In this document: one piece after another, positions 42,971-53,324 of the stretch
How the letters are laid out: each line of letters begins with the position of its first letter
How positions within the stretch are numbered: position 1 is the stretch's first letter
Source: an uncultured Nitrososphaerales archaeon
GTDB lineage: Archaea > Thermoproteota > Nitrososphaeria > Nitrososphaerales > Nitrososphaeraceae
Direction of reading: 5' to 3'
DNA length: 64,000 nt
NCBI GenBank assembly: GCA_963695855.1
Contig: CAVOHZ010000010.1
Coordinates: 1,741,657 to 1,805,656, forward strand
The notes under the pieces: model-generated
Database searches by the model: none
Seen by the model: only the letters and a program-made list of their open reading frames with translations
Told to the model about the DNA's origin: nothing
Translations under genes and position numbers: made by a program

Positions 42971-43324
42971 TCATAGTGCTAATTCATTTTTCTTACCAGT
43001 TCCAATATCATAGGCTTCAAAAACATCATATACAAAAATCTTTCCGTCTGAGACGGATCCAGTTGTCAATTCAGATAAAAGTTTATCGATAATAGCCATT
43101 ACCATATCATCATCGACCAGAACTTCTATTTTAGTACGTGTTCCAAATTTTGGAGTATACTTCATAACTCCTGTTCCTACCGGTATAGGTTTCGATTTAG
43201 TTTTTCCTCTTCCATTAACATGATAAAATGACATACCCCCTACCTCAAACTCTTCTAAAACCGCGTCAGCACGTTCTAATCGCTCATGTGGTATTATGAT
43301 TTCTATCCTTTTCATAATTTGCAT
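42971..43324 (-). CDS. glnB: P-II nitrogen regulatory protein
   Basis: MKRIEIII, GMSF..V.GRG, KIEVLVDD, DGKIFV. Confidence 0.9.
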   Translation of the reverse strand: MQIMKRIEIIIPHERLERADAVLEEFEVGGMSFYHVNGRGKTKSKPIPVGTGVMKYTPKFGTRTKIEVLVDDDMVMAIIDKLLSELTTGSVSDGKIFVYDVFEAYDIGTGKKNELAL

Positions 43325-43518
43325 ATAGATTTCTTGGTATAATAAAATTAAGAGTACAATGAACCTTACTGCATAAACTAAGAGCCTATTTTGAAAATAG
43401 ATAAGAATTAGCTCATTGGTCTCCTATCATATCTGATAATGTTTGAGTAAGAATAAAAAATAGTAGATATAATTAGTTCAAAATAGCAATTATAAAAAAT
43501 AGCACCAACCATATTTTA

Positions 43519-44965
43519 TTATTCACTGGTGACGAATTTAACTCCTTTCAACAGCAAACGGAGTGCGTCCAGGTCATCGTTGTGGATACTCACATTTTTG
43601 TCAAGGTTCCATTCATTAGCATAGGCAGTCTTTAGTGACAGAATTAACTTATCAAATTTGGATGGTATAGCAAGTTTCTGTTTTGTTAAAAGTTGATATG
43701 TGTGTTCCAGCATTTGTTTATGTTCTTTTGCAAAGGATACAGGCATTATAAAGTTGGATTCAGGACTCACGTTCTCAGAGCGGTCCCAATCTAAACTCTC
43801 AGCGAATTTGGATTTACATTCATTAACAGCAGCCCGGTTACTTCCATCCACAAACCACCATAGATTAGGGATTTCAGTATGAAGTTGAAATATACGATCA
43901 CCTATTACAGAAGGAGTTGTTTTTGTCATATTGCTCGCCAAGGACGATTTTAACTATTTCATTTTCTGTATCTAATTCTGCAATGTATATAGTTGTAATG
44001 GATGTAGAGAAGCCAAAATCGATCCCGCCGATATGGAGACAGTAATTATTTAATGGTAAATCCTTGTATTTTTCCCCTAGTTGTACAGCCCTCTCTATGT
44101 CTTCAATTGCAAAAACGTTCCCAATTTTTCCTAAATATTTTAAATCATATTCTTTATCAAATGAAGGACTTTGCTTTGCTCTCTCTATATCTTCCGTACT
44201 GTATATCTTGTTTAGGCCATATCTATAATCTAGTTTGATTCTTTTGTACAGACATATATCTTCCAGTTCCTGTTCTATCGTTTGCATTAATCCCCCAGGT
44301 GCGTTAGGTGTTGATACCATTACTATGAAGGGATTTGATTTACCAATGTATCTCTCTGCTACGGCCCTGACGTCTTCCTGTTCATTCTTGCGAAAGAAAT
44401 CGCATTCGTCCAGGTAGATAAATTTGGGATTGTCCAGACTTCTAAAACTGTCAATATGATTTGAAGGATATGCTTCTATCCTACATTTGTTAAGTTCTAA
44501 TACAGTTTCTTTAGTATCAAAGCTTACGTTATTGAATCTATTCATAAACATATTTTTCATACGCTTTACTAACTTGATTGCCAAGTCTATGTTAGGACCT
44601 GTAACAATAACAAACTGTGAATCCTGGTAAGTATTATCTCGTAATGCAAGATAACACATGTATCTTAGAAATAATTCCGAAATACCAAGTCCCGTACTTT
44701 TGAGAATCCATAGACACTTATCATATTCTAATGAATCTAGAACAATCTTTTCATAATCAAATAATGGTTTCTCTATTGCGTCCTTAGCAGGTAGGCCTAT
44801 AATGTGATTGAAACAACAATTACCATTAGTTGCGATATCTTCGTTTCTGTGTTCTATTACGTCCCATATCCAGAACGGTTTATCCTTGAATATCTGGAAC
44901 TCAGAATATTGTGTTTGTTGTTGACTGTTCTGTCCTATTAGTCTCTGTAAATCCTTCCAACCCAT
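43519..44965 (-). pseudogene. Terminase large subunit with one +1 frameshift at 43920-43924
   Basis: LKSTGLGISE, FIYLDE and VSTPN ATPase motifs; GGIDFG, FVDGSN and DDLDALR nuclease motifs; T5 run vs T4 in the element-A copy. Confidence 0.88.
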
Positions 44966-45398
44966 TACTATTATTATTTTTACTCTCTTTAGATAATTTG
45001 TTTTTTTGTACTTCTACGAATTTAATAGAATCCTGCAGTAATGAAGCATTAGTTAATAACTCCATTTTAGTTGAATAACATTCTTTAATCAATGCCAACG
45101 ATTGAAGTTTCTCTTTTGTATCACCCGTCTTATCTGCCTTTGTTGCAATTATCCACGATTCTTTAATTATTTCTTCCAATCCCTGCAGACATTTGTTATA
45201 CTCGTATGGTAACCGGTCCTCTATGTGGTTCTTAATTGTCTTTATTGATTCGTCTTTCAAATAAGATATATCCCTGCAAACAGCGGACTTGTCTACCTGC
45301 AACATTCTGCAGATTTCAGATTGTGAGAATCCCTTAACTGCTAACTCCTGTACCTTATTCCTTCTCCATTCCAGTTGTTCCGTTTTTGTATTTGTCAT
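44901..45398 (-). CDS. Putative terminase small subunit (B type, N-terminal HTH)
   Basis: RRNKVQEL..GFSQSEICRMLQVDKSAVCRD HTH; overlaps the terL start. Confidence 0.7.
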   Translation of the reverse strand: MTNTKTEQLEWRRNKVQELAVKGFSQSEICRMLQVDKSAVCRDISYLKDESIKTIKNHIEDRLPYEYNKCLQGLEEIIKESWIIATKADKTGDTKEKLQSLALIKECYSTKMELLTNASLLQDSIKFVEVQKNKLSKESKNNNSNGLEGFTETNRTEQSTTNTIF

Positions 45399-45552
45399 TC
45401 TTAGTTTTTCCTTCTCAATATTTATTTAGTCTCATTTACTTTTGTCCTTTTCGTGTCTTTATACTTTTTGAAACTACGCCAAATCTTAGTTGCAATAACA
45501 ACTGTTGTAATCTCTACAGCTAAAATAGTGCATAATAAAAGATTTTCAAATG

Positions 45553-46845
45553 TTACCATTCTAGTTTCTTCCTTTCCTCCATTGATATTCTCTTTTTTGC
45601 TGTCTCAAATTTTTCTTTGTTTATCTCTATACCTACGAACTTTCTATTCAATCTTAATGCAGCCACTCCATTAGTGCCTGATCCCATCATCGGGTCCAAT
45701 ATCGTAAGATTTTCCAAAGTTAAATTTTTGATAATATATTCTGCTTCTGTTGTAGACTGTTCCCATGGATGTAGGGCCTTATCCATCTGTGGACGTGTGG
45801 ATTCAATAAAGTCGCCCATTGTACTAGACATTACCGACTCGTTAGGTCCACCTCCTTTCACATACCATAACATAGGCTTCCATTCTGCAAATATGTGTCT
45901 TGCATGCACCTTTGAATGATTTCCAGAATGTTTAACACAAAAAATCCACCAGTACTTTAGATTGTCAGTATTATCGCCAATTATCTGTATAACTTTCTCA
46001 AGAATTAAATGGCCTGTAAAAAAGACCAGACTACCCCCTGGCTTGAGTAATCTATCAGCTAACCAGCCTAGAGCTTCATAAATGCCAAGTGCTTCATAAC
46101 TGTAAGGCGGATCCGTAAGAATTAGGTCTATAGTGTTATCCTGTATCTCATTCTTTGCTATTTCCATGAAGTCTCCATGAATTAGCCTATAATTCTGGTT
46201 ATTGTTATTACTTGATTCACTAATACCGATATTAGACAAAAATTCCTGTCGCTTCCTATCCTTTCTAATCTTCTCGTATTCTTTATTTATTGTGCTTTTA
46301 CCTTTCCATAATCTTTTTAATTGTTCTTCCGTTCCGTATTCTCTAACTTTCTTATAACGTATGTAGGTACTCGGAGAAAGTCCTATTGTTTTAGATATTA
46401 TTTCAGACGTTTTACCCTTGTCGTTGTCGTTAGTGTCATTTGGCACTAACGACGAGATTATTATTTTGTTCTTTACATTTCGTAATTTTGATAACTGTCT
46501 TATTCTTGCTTTCTCGCTTTCTATATTCTCAAGTTCAAATCCGAGTTCTGCTTTTTGTGCTGCGTTTAACTGTCTTCTCTGTAGGTTAATTTCAATAACA
46601 AATTTTTTCTCTTCTAACTTGTTATCAGATTTCCTAATCTCATATGGTGGTTCGATACCTTCTTCTTTACCTATATCGAATCTGTTATGTCCGTCCAGAA
46701 TTTCCCTGTTCTCATTTACTATTATAGGACGATAAAATCCATTTTCCTTTATTGACTTTCTTAATGCTTCCTTTTCTGCAGGTAACAAAGCAGGAACCAG
46801 TTTTTCATATTCTGGATTTTTTCTGATTTCTAAATTAATTGTCAT
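45553..46845 (-). CDS. ParB-N domain fused to an N6A/N4C DNA methyltransferase (beta order)
   Basis: SIKENG..PIIVN..ILDGHNR; LILTDPPY precedes ILDPMMGSGT. Confidence 0.88.
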   Translation of the reverse strand: MTINLEIRKNPEYEKLVPALLPAEKEALRKSIKENGFYRPIIVNENREILDGHNRFDIGKEEGIEPPYEIRKSDNKLEEKKFVIEINLQRRQLNAAQKAELGFELENIESEKARIRQLSKLRNVKNKIIISSLVPNDTNDNDKGKTSEIISKTIGLSPSTYIRYKKVREYGTEEQLKRLWKGKSTINKEYEKIRKDRKRQEFLSNIGISESSNNNNQNYRLIHGDFMEIAKNEIQDNTIDLILTDPPYSYEALGIYEALGWLADRLLKPGGSLVFFTGHLILEKVIQIIGDNTDNLKYWWIFCVKHSGNHSKVHARHIFAEWKPMLWYVKGGGPNESVMSSTMGDFIESTRPQMDKALHPWEQSTTEAEYIIKNLTLENLTILDPMMGSGTNGVAALRLNRKFVGIEINKEKFETAKKRISMEERKKLEW

Positions 46846-46848
46846 TAT

Positions 46849-47934
46849 CTAAAAAAACTCCTTCATGTTTTGGTTATTGACCAGTATAGAGTACAAATTA
46901 CTATGATTGGATTTTATCTTCTCCCTGGACATGGGTCCGTACTGTTTGCTGTGTGCATATTTTATTGCGAGATTGATTCTGTAGGTAAAATTACTATCTA
47001 GTTTCCTGATTTTATCGCATTTATCCAACCATTGTTTAATTAAATTAAATGATTCTTCAAATGACAAACCTTTTACTTTGACAAGATAACGTGAGAGAAT
47101 TAGATCCGTTACTAGCTTCCTGCAGTCTTCTATTCCCGTCTCCAGTAATTTATCGATCCATTCATAATATTTTGAGTCAAAATTATTATTTGGATTTTGT
47201 TTACGATTCTGCTGTTCTATACTGCATCTAATTATTAACTGGTCGATTTCATTCCTTTTCAATTGATTTAGGAATTCTAAAACTAATGATTTGGGTACTC
47301 TCTGCCTTTTACCATTCCACTTTTGCAGTATCTTTACTTTGCCGGTACTTCCATTCTTTGAGTTTATGGTGTTCGGTACTCTCAACAAGCAGGACCTAAA
47401 CCCTGGAAAATTACCTTTGTCCGCATTGTTATCCGATAGGAAATCTTTACAGAATCTCAGAAATTGTTCAGAAGGTTTATCGTAATCGTCAAAATCTGGA
47501 ACATATTCTAAGGCCTTGGGAAAGTCTAACGGTTGTATCACATGGTAACCCCTTCCACTCCATAAAACGGTAGGAGTTGCAGTTTTGTCTTTTAGAAATA
47601 GCTGAATGTTAGATAGAGTCTTCGATAGTGCAGAATCCAAACCCATTCTAGAATAAAAGTTTTCAAGATCTAGATCGATAAACAAAATGTCAGGCTTCCA
47701 GGATAAACCAAAATCCAAATAGGAAAAGTAAAAGGAGTTAATTCTGCAGTCGGTAAACTGAGAACGTTCAAAGAAGTATAATGCTTCTTCTTTTGAATTA
47801 ACCTGTTTTTGTTTTGTCTTGGGTGTCATTATTGTTCTTGGGAATTGTGGACCCGTTAAGTGCGATAATATGAATTCCAACCCTTCTTTTATTTCCGTAG
47901 GTGCTGCAGTCATTGTTATCTGGTGGTGAGTCAT
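46849..47934 (-). CDS. AEP primase fused to a PriX-like domain
   Basis: FIDLD, SGRGYH, LLRVPNTIN; WIDKLL..I.D.RKL..DLIL tail; paralogue of 24791..25945. Confidence 0.85.
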   Translation of the reverse strand: MTHHQITMTAAPTEIKEGLEFILSHLTGPQFPRTIMTPKTKQKQVNSKEEALYFFERSQFTDCRINSFYFSYLDFGLSWKPDILFIDLDLENFYSRMGLDSALSKTLSNIQLFLKDKTATPTVLWSGRGYHVIQPLDFPKALEYVPDFDDYDKPSEQFLRFCKDFLSDNNADKGNFPGFRSCLLRVPNTINSKNGSTGKVKILQKWNGKRQRVPKSLVLEFLNQLKRNEIDQLIIRCSIEQQNRKQNPNNNFDSKYYEWIDKLLETGIEDCRKLVTDLILSRYLVKVKGLSFEESFNLIKQWLDKCDKIRKLDSNFTYRINLAIKYAHSKQYGPMSREKIKSNHSNLYSILVNNQNMKEFF

Positions 47935-48182
47935 CTCCTTCCCCTTTCCTTTCTCCTGAATCCATCAGCGTCAAAATATAGGAAATTATTCTCTTTCAAA
48001 AAAGGGAATAATTTTTTATGTTGTTTTTTAGAATTTGTTGAAATATTTTTAATTAGTATATATACACTTGGGGTTTTTGTTGTAAATACTGCAGATTTAG
48101 GGGGGTCAAAAATAGTCCCCCAGAGATAGGGTATTTTAGAAAAAATATTTTTTTGACTTTCTTGTGCGTTATTGTTAGTCAA
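47931..48182 (-). CDS. Small basic ORF between ATPase and primase (may only be origin DNA)
   Basis: Overlaps both neighbours in an operon-like way; contains the 40-bp repeat. Confidence 0.4.
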   Translation of the reverse strand: MTNNNAQESQKNIFSKIPYLWGTIFDPPKSAVFTTKTPSVYILIKNISTNSKKQHKKLFPFLKENNFLYFDADGFRRKERGRR

Positions 48183-48749
48183 GGGTTTCTACACTCCCTT
48201 CTTTCTCCCAGTAATTCCCCCTGAACTCTACATGTAATCCAGGTTCGAATTTTTGAGCTTCAAGTATAAAGTCCTTCGTAGGCCTGATTGGTATTAATGG
48301 GTCGTCTTTCCGGTGTACTTTGATTACATGTTCTGTGTGTGTATCATCTGTCGAAAATGCCTTGGTACAGAAGTTACACATGTATTGGCCTTCGACGTCT
48401 TCGCCTTCTTCTTTGGGTTCTGATTCTTGTTTCTTTTCATCAGCAGCAGCTGTTTCAGCTGCATCAGCAGTTGTCTGTTCTTCTTTAATTATGTCGTCTT
48501 CGTTTCTTTCTTCAAAATAGTTTTCAGGATTGCTGTAATACTGGTTAACTAGCTGATCTACAGTTATCTCTTCATCTGCATGATTTTTTATTTTTACAAA
48601 ATACCCTATCTCAGAATACCTATTTAAAATTCTGTTAAATTGGTTAACTATAAATACTTGATTGGGAAATATTGCAGAATTTACAACAATCTTCTTCATT
48701 TCTTGTGAGAAATTATTCCCTTTATCAAAAGAGAACAATTTCCTATATT
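47975..48749. repeat. 40-bp inverted repeat pair (47975-48014 and 48710-48749)
   Basis: 36/40 identity by manual alignment; each copy is quasi-palindromic. Confidence 0.75.
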
Positions 48750-50232
48750 CTTTCGTTTCTATGATTGGGTAATAAATATTATTTCGTTTGTCTATCTGAC
48801 TCTCTAGCTTATCGATATAACCATTGTTGTGAAGTGGGTCAATATACGATTTTGAGAGTTTCTTGCCGATTATGGTTTCTCCGTGTACCTGTTTATGTCT
48901 CTTTATCAGGTCCGCAGAAGTTACGGCAACCCTTACTTCTTTCAGTTCTTCGCCCCTACTATTTACTTTTGAATCTGTGACATCACATTTGCTTTGGTAT
49001 GTTTTCTGAAAGACATCGTAGAACCATTCGAGTACAAAAGGCCTTACACCGTCGGAATACTCGGTTAACCAGACAGTTCTTTGTAAATCTTCAAATGTTG
49101 CAATCGGCCTTATTGATTTTGATAAAACATTATCTTCTTCACCGTCTTTGTAGACTTCAAGTCTTGGCCTATTCGAAAAATAGATACTGGGTAAGATTCC
49201 TAGATATGCATTAATTCTATTAGCTCTTGTCATATCTTCGGCTTTTACTTTTGGCAATGAACTCTTCAATAGCTCCTTAAACGGAGTTATTACGTTCTTT
49301 TTGCCTGGTTTTATGTTCTCATTGATATGTAGTATCTGTTCTTTCAAACCCTGGATTATGTCCCTTGCAATGTCTTTTTCTTTGTCACTCACTACGTCGG
49401 CCTGATAGATTTCATCAGGAACAGAACCCATATCGCAAATATGGTTCACTGCGTCGTTAAATTTGTCCAGCGACATAGCGGGGTTTGTTGTGATAAACCT
49501 TCTTTGAATTTCATTGTATCTTGGCGAATCGCTATAATCTAATGCCTGTGCAATAATGACAACAGGCCACCCCCTTAACACGTTGGTTTGTGTCGTGATA
49601 CCGTTATGCGTATCCGTGTATTCGTATTGGATTTCGTATTCGTCATGACTCAACAAAGGTAACATTTGAATAATCAATCGTTCCGGCGGGGTATCGAGAA
49701 ACACCAGGATTTTATTTTCTAAATCTATAAGTTTCTTAGAATTCTTCAGTAAATCGCGTCTTGCCTTTTCAAGTTCCTTTATTTTACTCTTTAAATCCTG
49801 TTTTACTTCTTTATCTTTCTCTAATGATAATTCGCTTTCTTTGTCGAAAATAGCATCATTCAATGCACTTAATTTCTCTTCTATAGACTCGTGTTGTTCA
49901 GTCTCTTCATTCCATACAACAAGCTCGCCTTTTCTATGAAATAATGCCTTTTCTGTCATTCCTGAAAGGACTGAAATATCCGATTTTGGAAATACTGCAG
50001 CGACCTTGTTTATGACGTAGTTTTTGCCTACTCCACTGGGTGCATTGATTAGTAAGTTAATGGGATTCTTGCTGTAGGCCGATAATTTTGTTATTAATAG
50101 TTGGTTAGTTAATCTATTCTCTCTTTTTGCTTCTAATAATACTATTTTAGTGACGTAATCCAGTTCGTTTAATTGTAGACTTTCAGAAGGCATATTATTG
50201 TCTGCGGCGGCAGCGGTGTTCTGCTGTGACAT
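48175..50232 (-). CDS. AAA+-like ATPase, putative helicase, with C-terminal C2H2 finger
   Basis: NAPSGVGKN Walker A, LVFLD, IQRRF Arg finger, CNFC..H...H. Confidence 0.75.
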   Translation of the reverse strand: MSQQNTAAAADNNMPSESLQLNELDYVTKIVLLEAKRENRLTNQLLITKLSAYSKNPINLLINAPSGVGKNYVINKVAAVFPKSDISVLSGMTEKALFHRKGELVVWNEETEQHESIEEKLSALNDAIFDKESELSLEKDKEVKQDLKSKIKELEKARRDLLKNSKKLIDLENKILVFLDTPPERLIIQMLPLLSHDEYEIQYEYTDTHNGITTQTNVLRGWPVVIIAQALDYSDSPRYNEIQRRFITTNPAMSLDKFNDAVNHICDMGSVPDEIYQADVVSDKEKDIARDIIQGLKEQILHINENIKPGKKNVITPFKELLKSSLPKVKAEDMTRANRINAYLGILPSIYFSNRPRLEVYKDGEEDNVLSKSIRPIATFEDLQRTVWLTEYSDGVRPFVLEWFYDVFQKTYQSKCDVTDSKVNSRGEELKEVRVAVTSADLIKRHKQVHGETIIGKKLSKSYIDPLHNNGYIDKLESQIDKRNNIYYPIIETKEYRKLFSFDKGNNFSQEMKKIVVNSAIFPNQVFIVNQFNRILNRYSEIGYFVKIKNHADEEITVDQLVNQYYSNPENYFEERNEDDIIKEEQTTADAAETAAADEKKQESEPKEEGEDVEGQYMCNFCTKAFSTDDTHTEHVIKVHRKDDPLIPIRPTKDFILEAQKFEPGLHVEFRGNYWEKEGSVETLD

Positions 50233-50385
50233 AGCTAGACAGCATTACACCTTCCCGTAGGTAATGTAATGAGTGTACAAACTGGACGGGAAGGGATAGA
50301 AGCAAAAACCCTGAAATTGCGGTATTTTCTTCCATTTTTCATGGAAAATGTATTTATCGGAGAAAAACTAGATATCATTTACAGT

Positions 50386-50625
50386 CTACTCCTGTGGTGT
50401 GAGTTCGCTGTTCGTCGTTATTGTTGCCCTTGTTACCATGTGGGCGACACTTTCTTTTGTATCCTCTCCAAGGGGATTTCGAAAACTTTGATTCTTTAAT
50501 TTCATGCGAGAAATTTCTAGTATTTCATCAATACAGTTTTTGCAGACGTTAGGAGGATATTCTAATACTGTGTATGCAATAATAAAAGGCAGATTTTGTT
50601 TTTTGTCTAATTTTGAAGAAAACAT
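50386..50625 (-). CDS. Hypothetical protein of the replication operon
   Basis: 79 aa, 1 bp downstream of the AbrB gene. Confidence 0.5.
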   Translation of the reverse strand: MFSSKLDKKQNLPFIIAYTVLEYPPNVCKNCIDEILEISRMKLKNQSFRNPLGEDTKESVAHMVTRATITTNSELTPQE

Positions 50626-50626
50626 A

Positions 50627-50812
50627 CTAAAAATTCTCCATTTTTTCGATTGTGATTTTATTATCGGTTAAAAGGACTGATAGATAATCACCCTTGTCTA
50701 TATTGAGCTTTTTAGTAAATTGCTTCGGTAGAACAAAAGTTAGGGATCTTTTATCTGTATAAGACTGTACTTTTCTGACCACTTTTTGTTGTATGATTTG
50801 GGCCTGGTCCAT
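50627..50812 (-). CDS. AbrB/MazE/SpoVT-family regulator
   Basis: RKVQ..SLTFVLPKQFTKKLNIDKGDYL..KITIEK. Confidence 0.85.
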   Translation of the reverse strand: MDQAQIIQQKVVRKVQSYTDKRSLTFVLPKQFTKKLNIDKGDYLSVLLTDNKITIEKMENF

Positions 50813-50885
50813 TTACATGTAATACTCGTTTATCATAATTTTTATATTAGAATCTGACCAAATTATAAACGGAAACACGCATAAA

Positions 50886-51821
50886 ATGTACTATAAATCG
50901 AGAATTGTTAGCAAAAATCTGACGAATCTAACACGTAAGCAGGTTTTAAAAATTATTGCTGAAAGTCCCAATCCTCTCTCTTCTTATCAAATTCATAAAG
51001 AATGGATGAAAAGACATTCTCCTGGAAGTCCGAACCGCTATATTTATCAGATTGTCAGGGATTTGTTCAAGCCAGACGGAAACAAGAGACATATTCAGGC
51101 TATGAAGGGTTTTCTGAGAATTTCCTACAAAGAAAAGTATGAAAAAGAAATTTCTCGATTAAGGCAACGCTTTGGGATAGGAGTTGGAAAAAAATATTCT
51201 GACTATGGAAACGTGAGAGTTATAGTTTATAAAAATGCTAAGGAGGAGATGGATAGAACTCGTGCCATTCTCAAAATTGGTGATATGATGAGAAATATCA
51301 GATATTATAGATACAGTCTAAATTTCAAAGGTTTTTTGTTATATCTATTAAGCTCGTATGATGACTATGAAGAAATCTATGATGATAAAATAAGTGAAAA
51401 ACGGAACAATATTAGAACAGTATATCAGGTTATTAAAATTCTGACAACAAGAGAAGACGATATTAAAGATGAATTTGAATTCTTGCGTTATTTTAATGTG
51501 TTTGACGAAATATATGGTACAAAAGAATTTGTAAGGACTTTATTGGATATTGCTAATGAATTACGCTATCAACTAGAAATATTGACATCAGAATACATAC
51601 AATATTACTTTATGAGACGTTGTTACGAGGAAGTAATGATACGTATTACATTCATAAACCTTAACCCCTTTAAATCTTGGCTAAAACAAAAAGACAGAGA
51701 TAATATCAAAAACGAGCATTCAAAACTTGAATTGTCCAGGATCCAAATTCTAAATATATTGATACGACTACAAAAAGAACAGTTGAAGATAATGGAAGAG
51801 GATTTGAAACAAAATATCTAG
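50886..51821 (+). CDS. Hypothetical protein with wHTH-like N-terminus (putative regulator)
   Basis: QVLKIIAE..PLSSYQI..YQIVRDL; same position as 28527..29690. Confidence 0.6.
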   Translation: MYYKSRIVSKNLTNLTRKQVLKIIAESPNPLSSYQIHKEWMKRHSPGSPNRYIYQIVRDLFKPDGNKRHIQAMKGFLRISYKEKYEKEISRLRQRFGIGVGKKYSDYGNVRVIVYKNAKEEMDRTRAILKIGDMMRNIRYYRYSLNFKGFLLYLLSSYDDYEEIYDDKISEKRNNIRTVYQVIKILTTREDDIKDEFEFLRYFNVFDEIYGTKEFVRTLLDIANELRYQLEILTSEYIQYYFMRRCYEEVMIRITFINLNPFKSWLKQKDRDNIKNEHSKLELSRIQILNILIRLQKEQLKIMEEDLKQNI

Positions 51822-53278
51822 TGATCGTTTTCTGGTTTACGTGTCTGTTCCCATTTTTCAAACTTCTGCAGGATTTTAACCATAGTATCATCATGTTTTT
51901 TCATTGATTCCTGTTGTTTTGTCATCTGTTCTTTCATCATCTGCAGTTCTAGATTTTTCTGTTTTTCATTTTCTAATATCACCCGATAGGAATCATAAGA
52001 CAGAACCATCTTGCATTTTATACAGAATTTGGAATCTTTCTTGTTGGGTTCATTGCAATTATAACAGTAAGTTGATTTTAGTAAATTTGATTTGTCTCCA
52101 TTGTTGGAATCTTTTTTTACAAGACCCCTTGCCTCAAGAATGGAATTAACAGATTCGTTACCCAGATAATGTAAATAAATCTGTGGCATTTTGCTAGACA
52201 TGGTCCAACCTGCATGATTTCTCAATACATGTTCTTTCAGAATAAGACTTTTCTCAGTGAGGGAAGAATGACGTAACACGTAAGGGTTCCAGGGTTTTGT
52301 TAACATATTTCTGATATGAGATTTATCTGAATTGTGTACTGTTTGTTCGCCATCTATTTCGTCTTTAAGTAAATTGGGAAAATATACAGGTTTATAATAT
52401 CTGCAGTACTTGAACCTTAAACCGTCATAAGTTAATTTTTTTCCAAATGTTCTGTAAGTCTGCGAAACGAATAACCATGCGTTAGGATTTTCGGATGTTG
52501 GATGTGTATTTTGTAAGTAGTCTTTAAGATATGGAATTGAATCTATTAAAGGAACAGTTCTGGACCCAGTTTTCCCACCATTAATGTGAAGTTCGGCATA
52601 CTGCTTTCCCTCTTCTGTTATCTTCAAAGTAATATCTTTTAGCCTTAAGTTCAAGAGTTCGTGAGGTCTGGCAGAGGTATCGATTGCCATTGCGTGGAAT
52701 GCCTTATCTCTCTTTGAGGGACAATATTTCAAAAATACTGCATGTTCTTCATTGGTCCACAAATCGGAATTTTTGTAAAGTGTCTTTTCCTTTCTTGATA
52801 GTTGTTTTACTCCCTTCATTACCACAGGAGTAATCCTTTTTCTCTGGTCCGGTTCATCAGGATTATACAGCCATCTGAAAAATTTGTTTAATATTATTTG
52901 TCTGACGTTATAGGTTCCGATCCATTTTTGTGATTCATCCTCCAGTGTAGTTTTCTTTAAACTATCCAAATAACCCAGGATATCGTCTTTTGTCATTTCT
53001 CTAAACAGAATTTTATCATGAAAGAAATTTGATAACCAAGCAAGAACCTTTATCCTAGTTTCTATAGTAGAAATTTTTATATTTATTTCCGTTTTTTCAG
53101 CAATTATATAATTACAGATATCTCTTGCATTTTCTGGATTTCTTTGAGCAAGTTTTAACAAAGTATCTTTATAATATGATATAGATAGGGATTTGGTAGC
53201 TGTTTCTATCCTTTTCTGTAAGACATCGATATTGTTATACTTCTGTTGTTCTTGTTCTTGTTGCTGATTTGGAGTCAT
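51818..53278 (-). CDS. Tyrosine integrase with C-terminal zinc ribbon
   Basis: SARPHE, GKTG, YVLRH, HAGW, PQIY; CYNC..CIKC. Confidence 0.93.
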   Translation of the reverse strand: MTPNQQQEQEQQKYNNIDVLQKRIETATKSLSISYYKDTLLKLAQRNPENARDICNYIIAEKTEINIKISTIETRIKVLAWLSNFFHDKILFREMTKDDILGYLDSLKKTTLEDESQKWIGTYNVRQIILNKFFRWLYNPDEPDQRKRITPVVMKGVKQLSRKEKTLYKNSDLWTNEEHAVFLKYCPSKRDKAFHAMAIDTSARPHELLNLRLKDITLKITEEGKQYAELHINGGKTGSRTVPLIDSIPYLKDYLQNTHPTSENPNAWLFVSQTYRTFGKKLTYDGLRFKYCRYYKPVYFPNLLKDEIDGEQTVHNSDKSHIRNMLTKPWNPYVLRHSSLTEKSLILKEHVLRNHAGWTMSSKMPQIYLHYLGNESVNSILEARGLVKKDSNNGDKSNLLKSTYCYNCNEPNKKDSKFCIKCKMVLSYDSYRVILENEKQKNLELQMMKEQMTKQQESMKKHDDTMVKILQKFEKWEQTRKPENDH

Positions 53279-53324
53279 CTTGTCCTAATTGAAGTTTTGA
53301 CATTGTTATTATTAAAAATATAGT

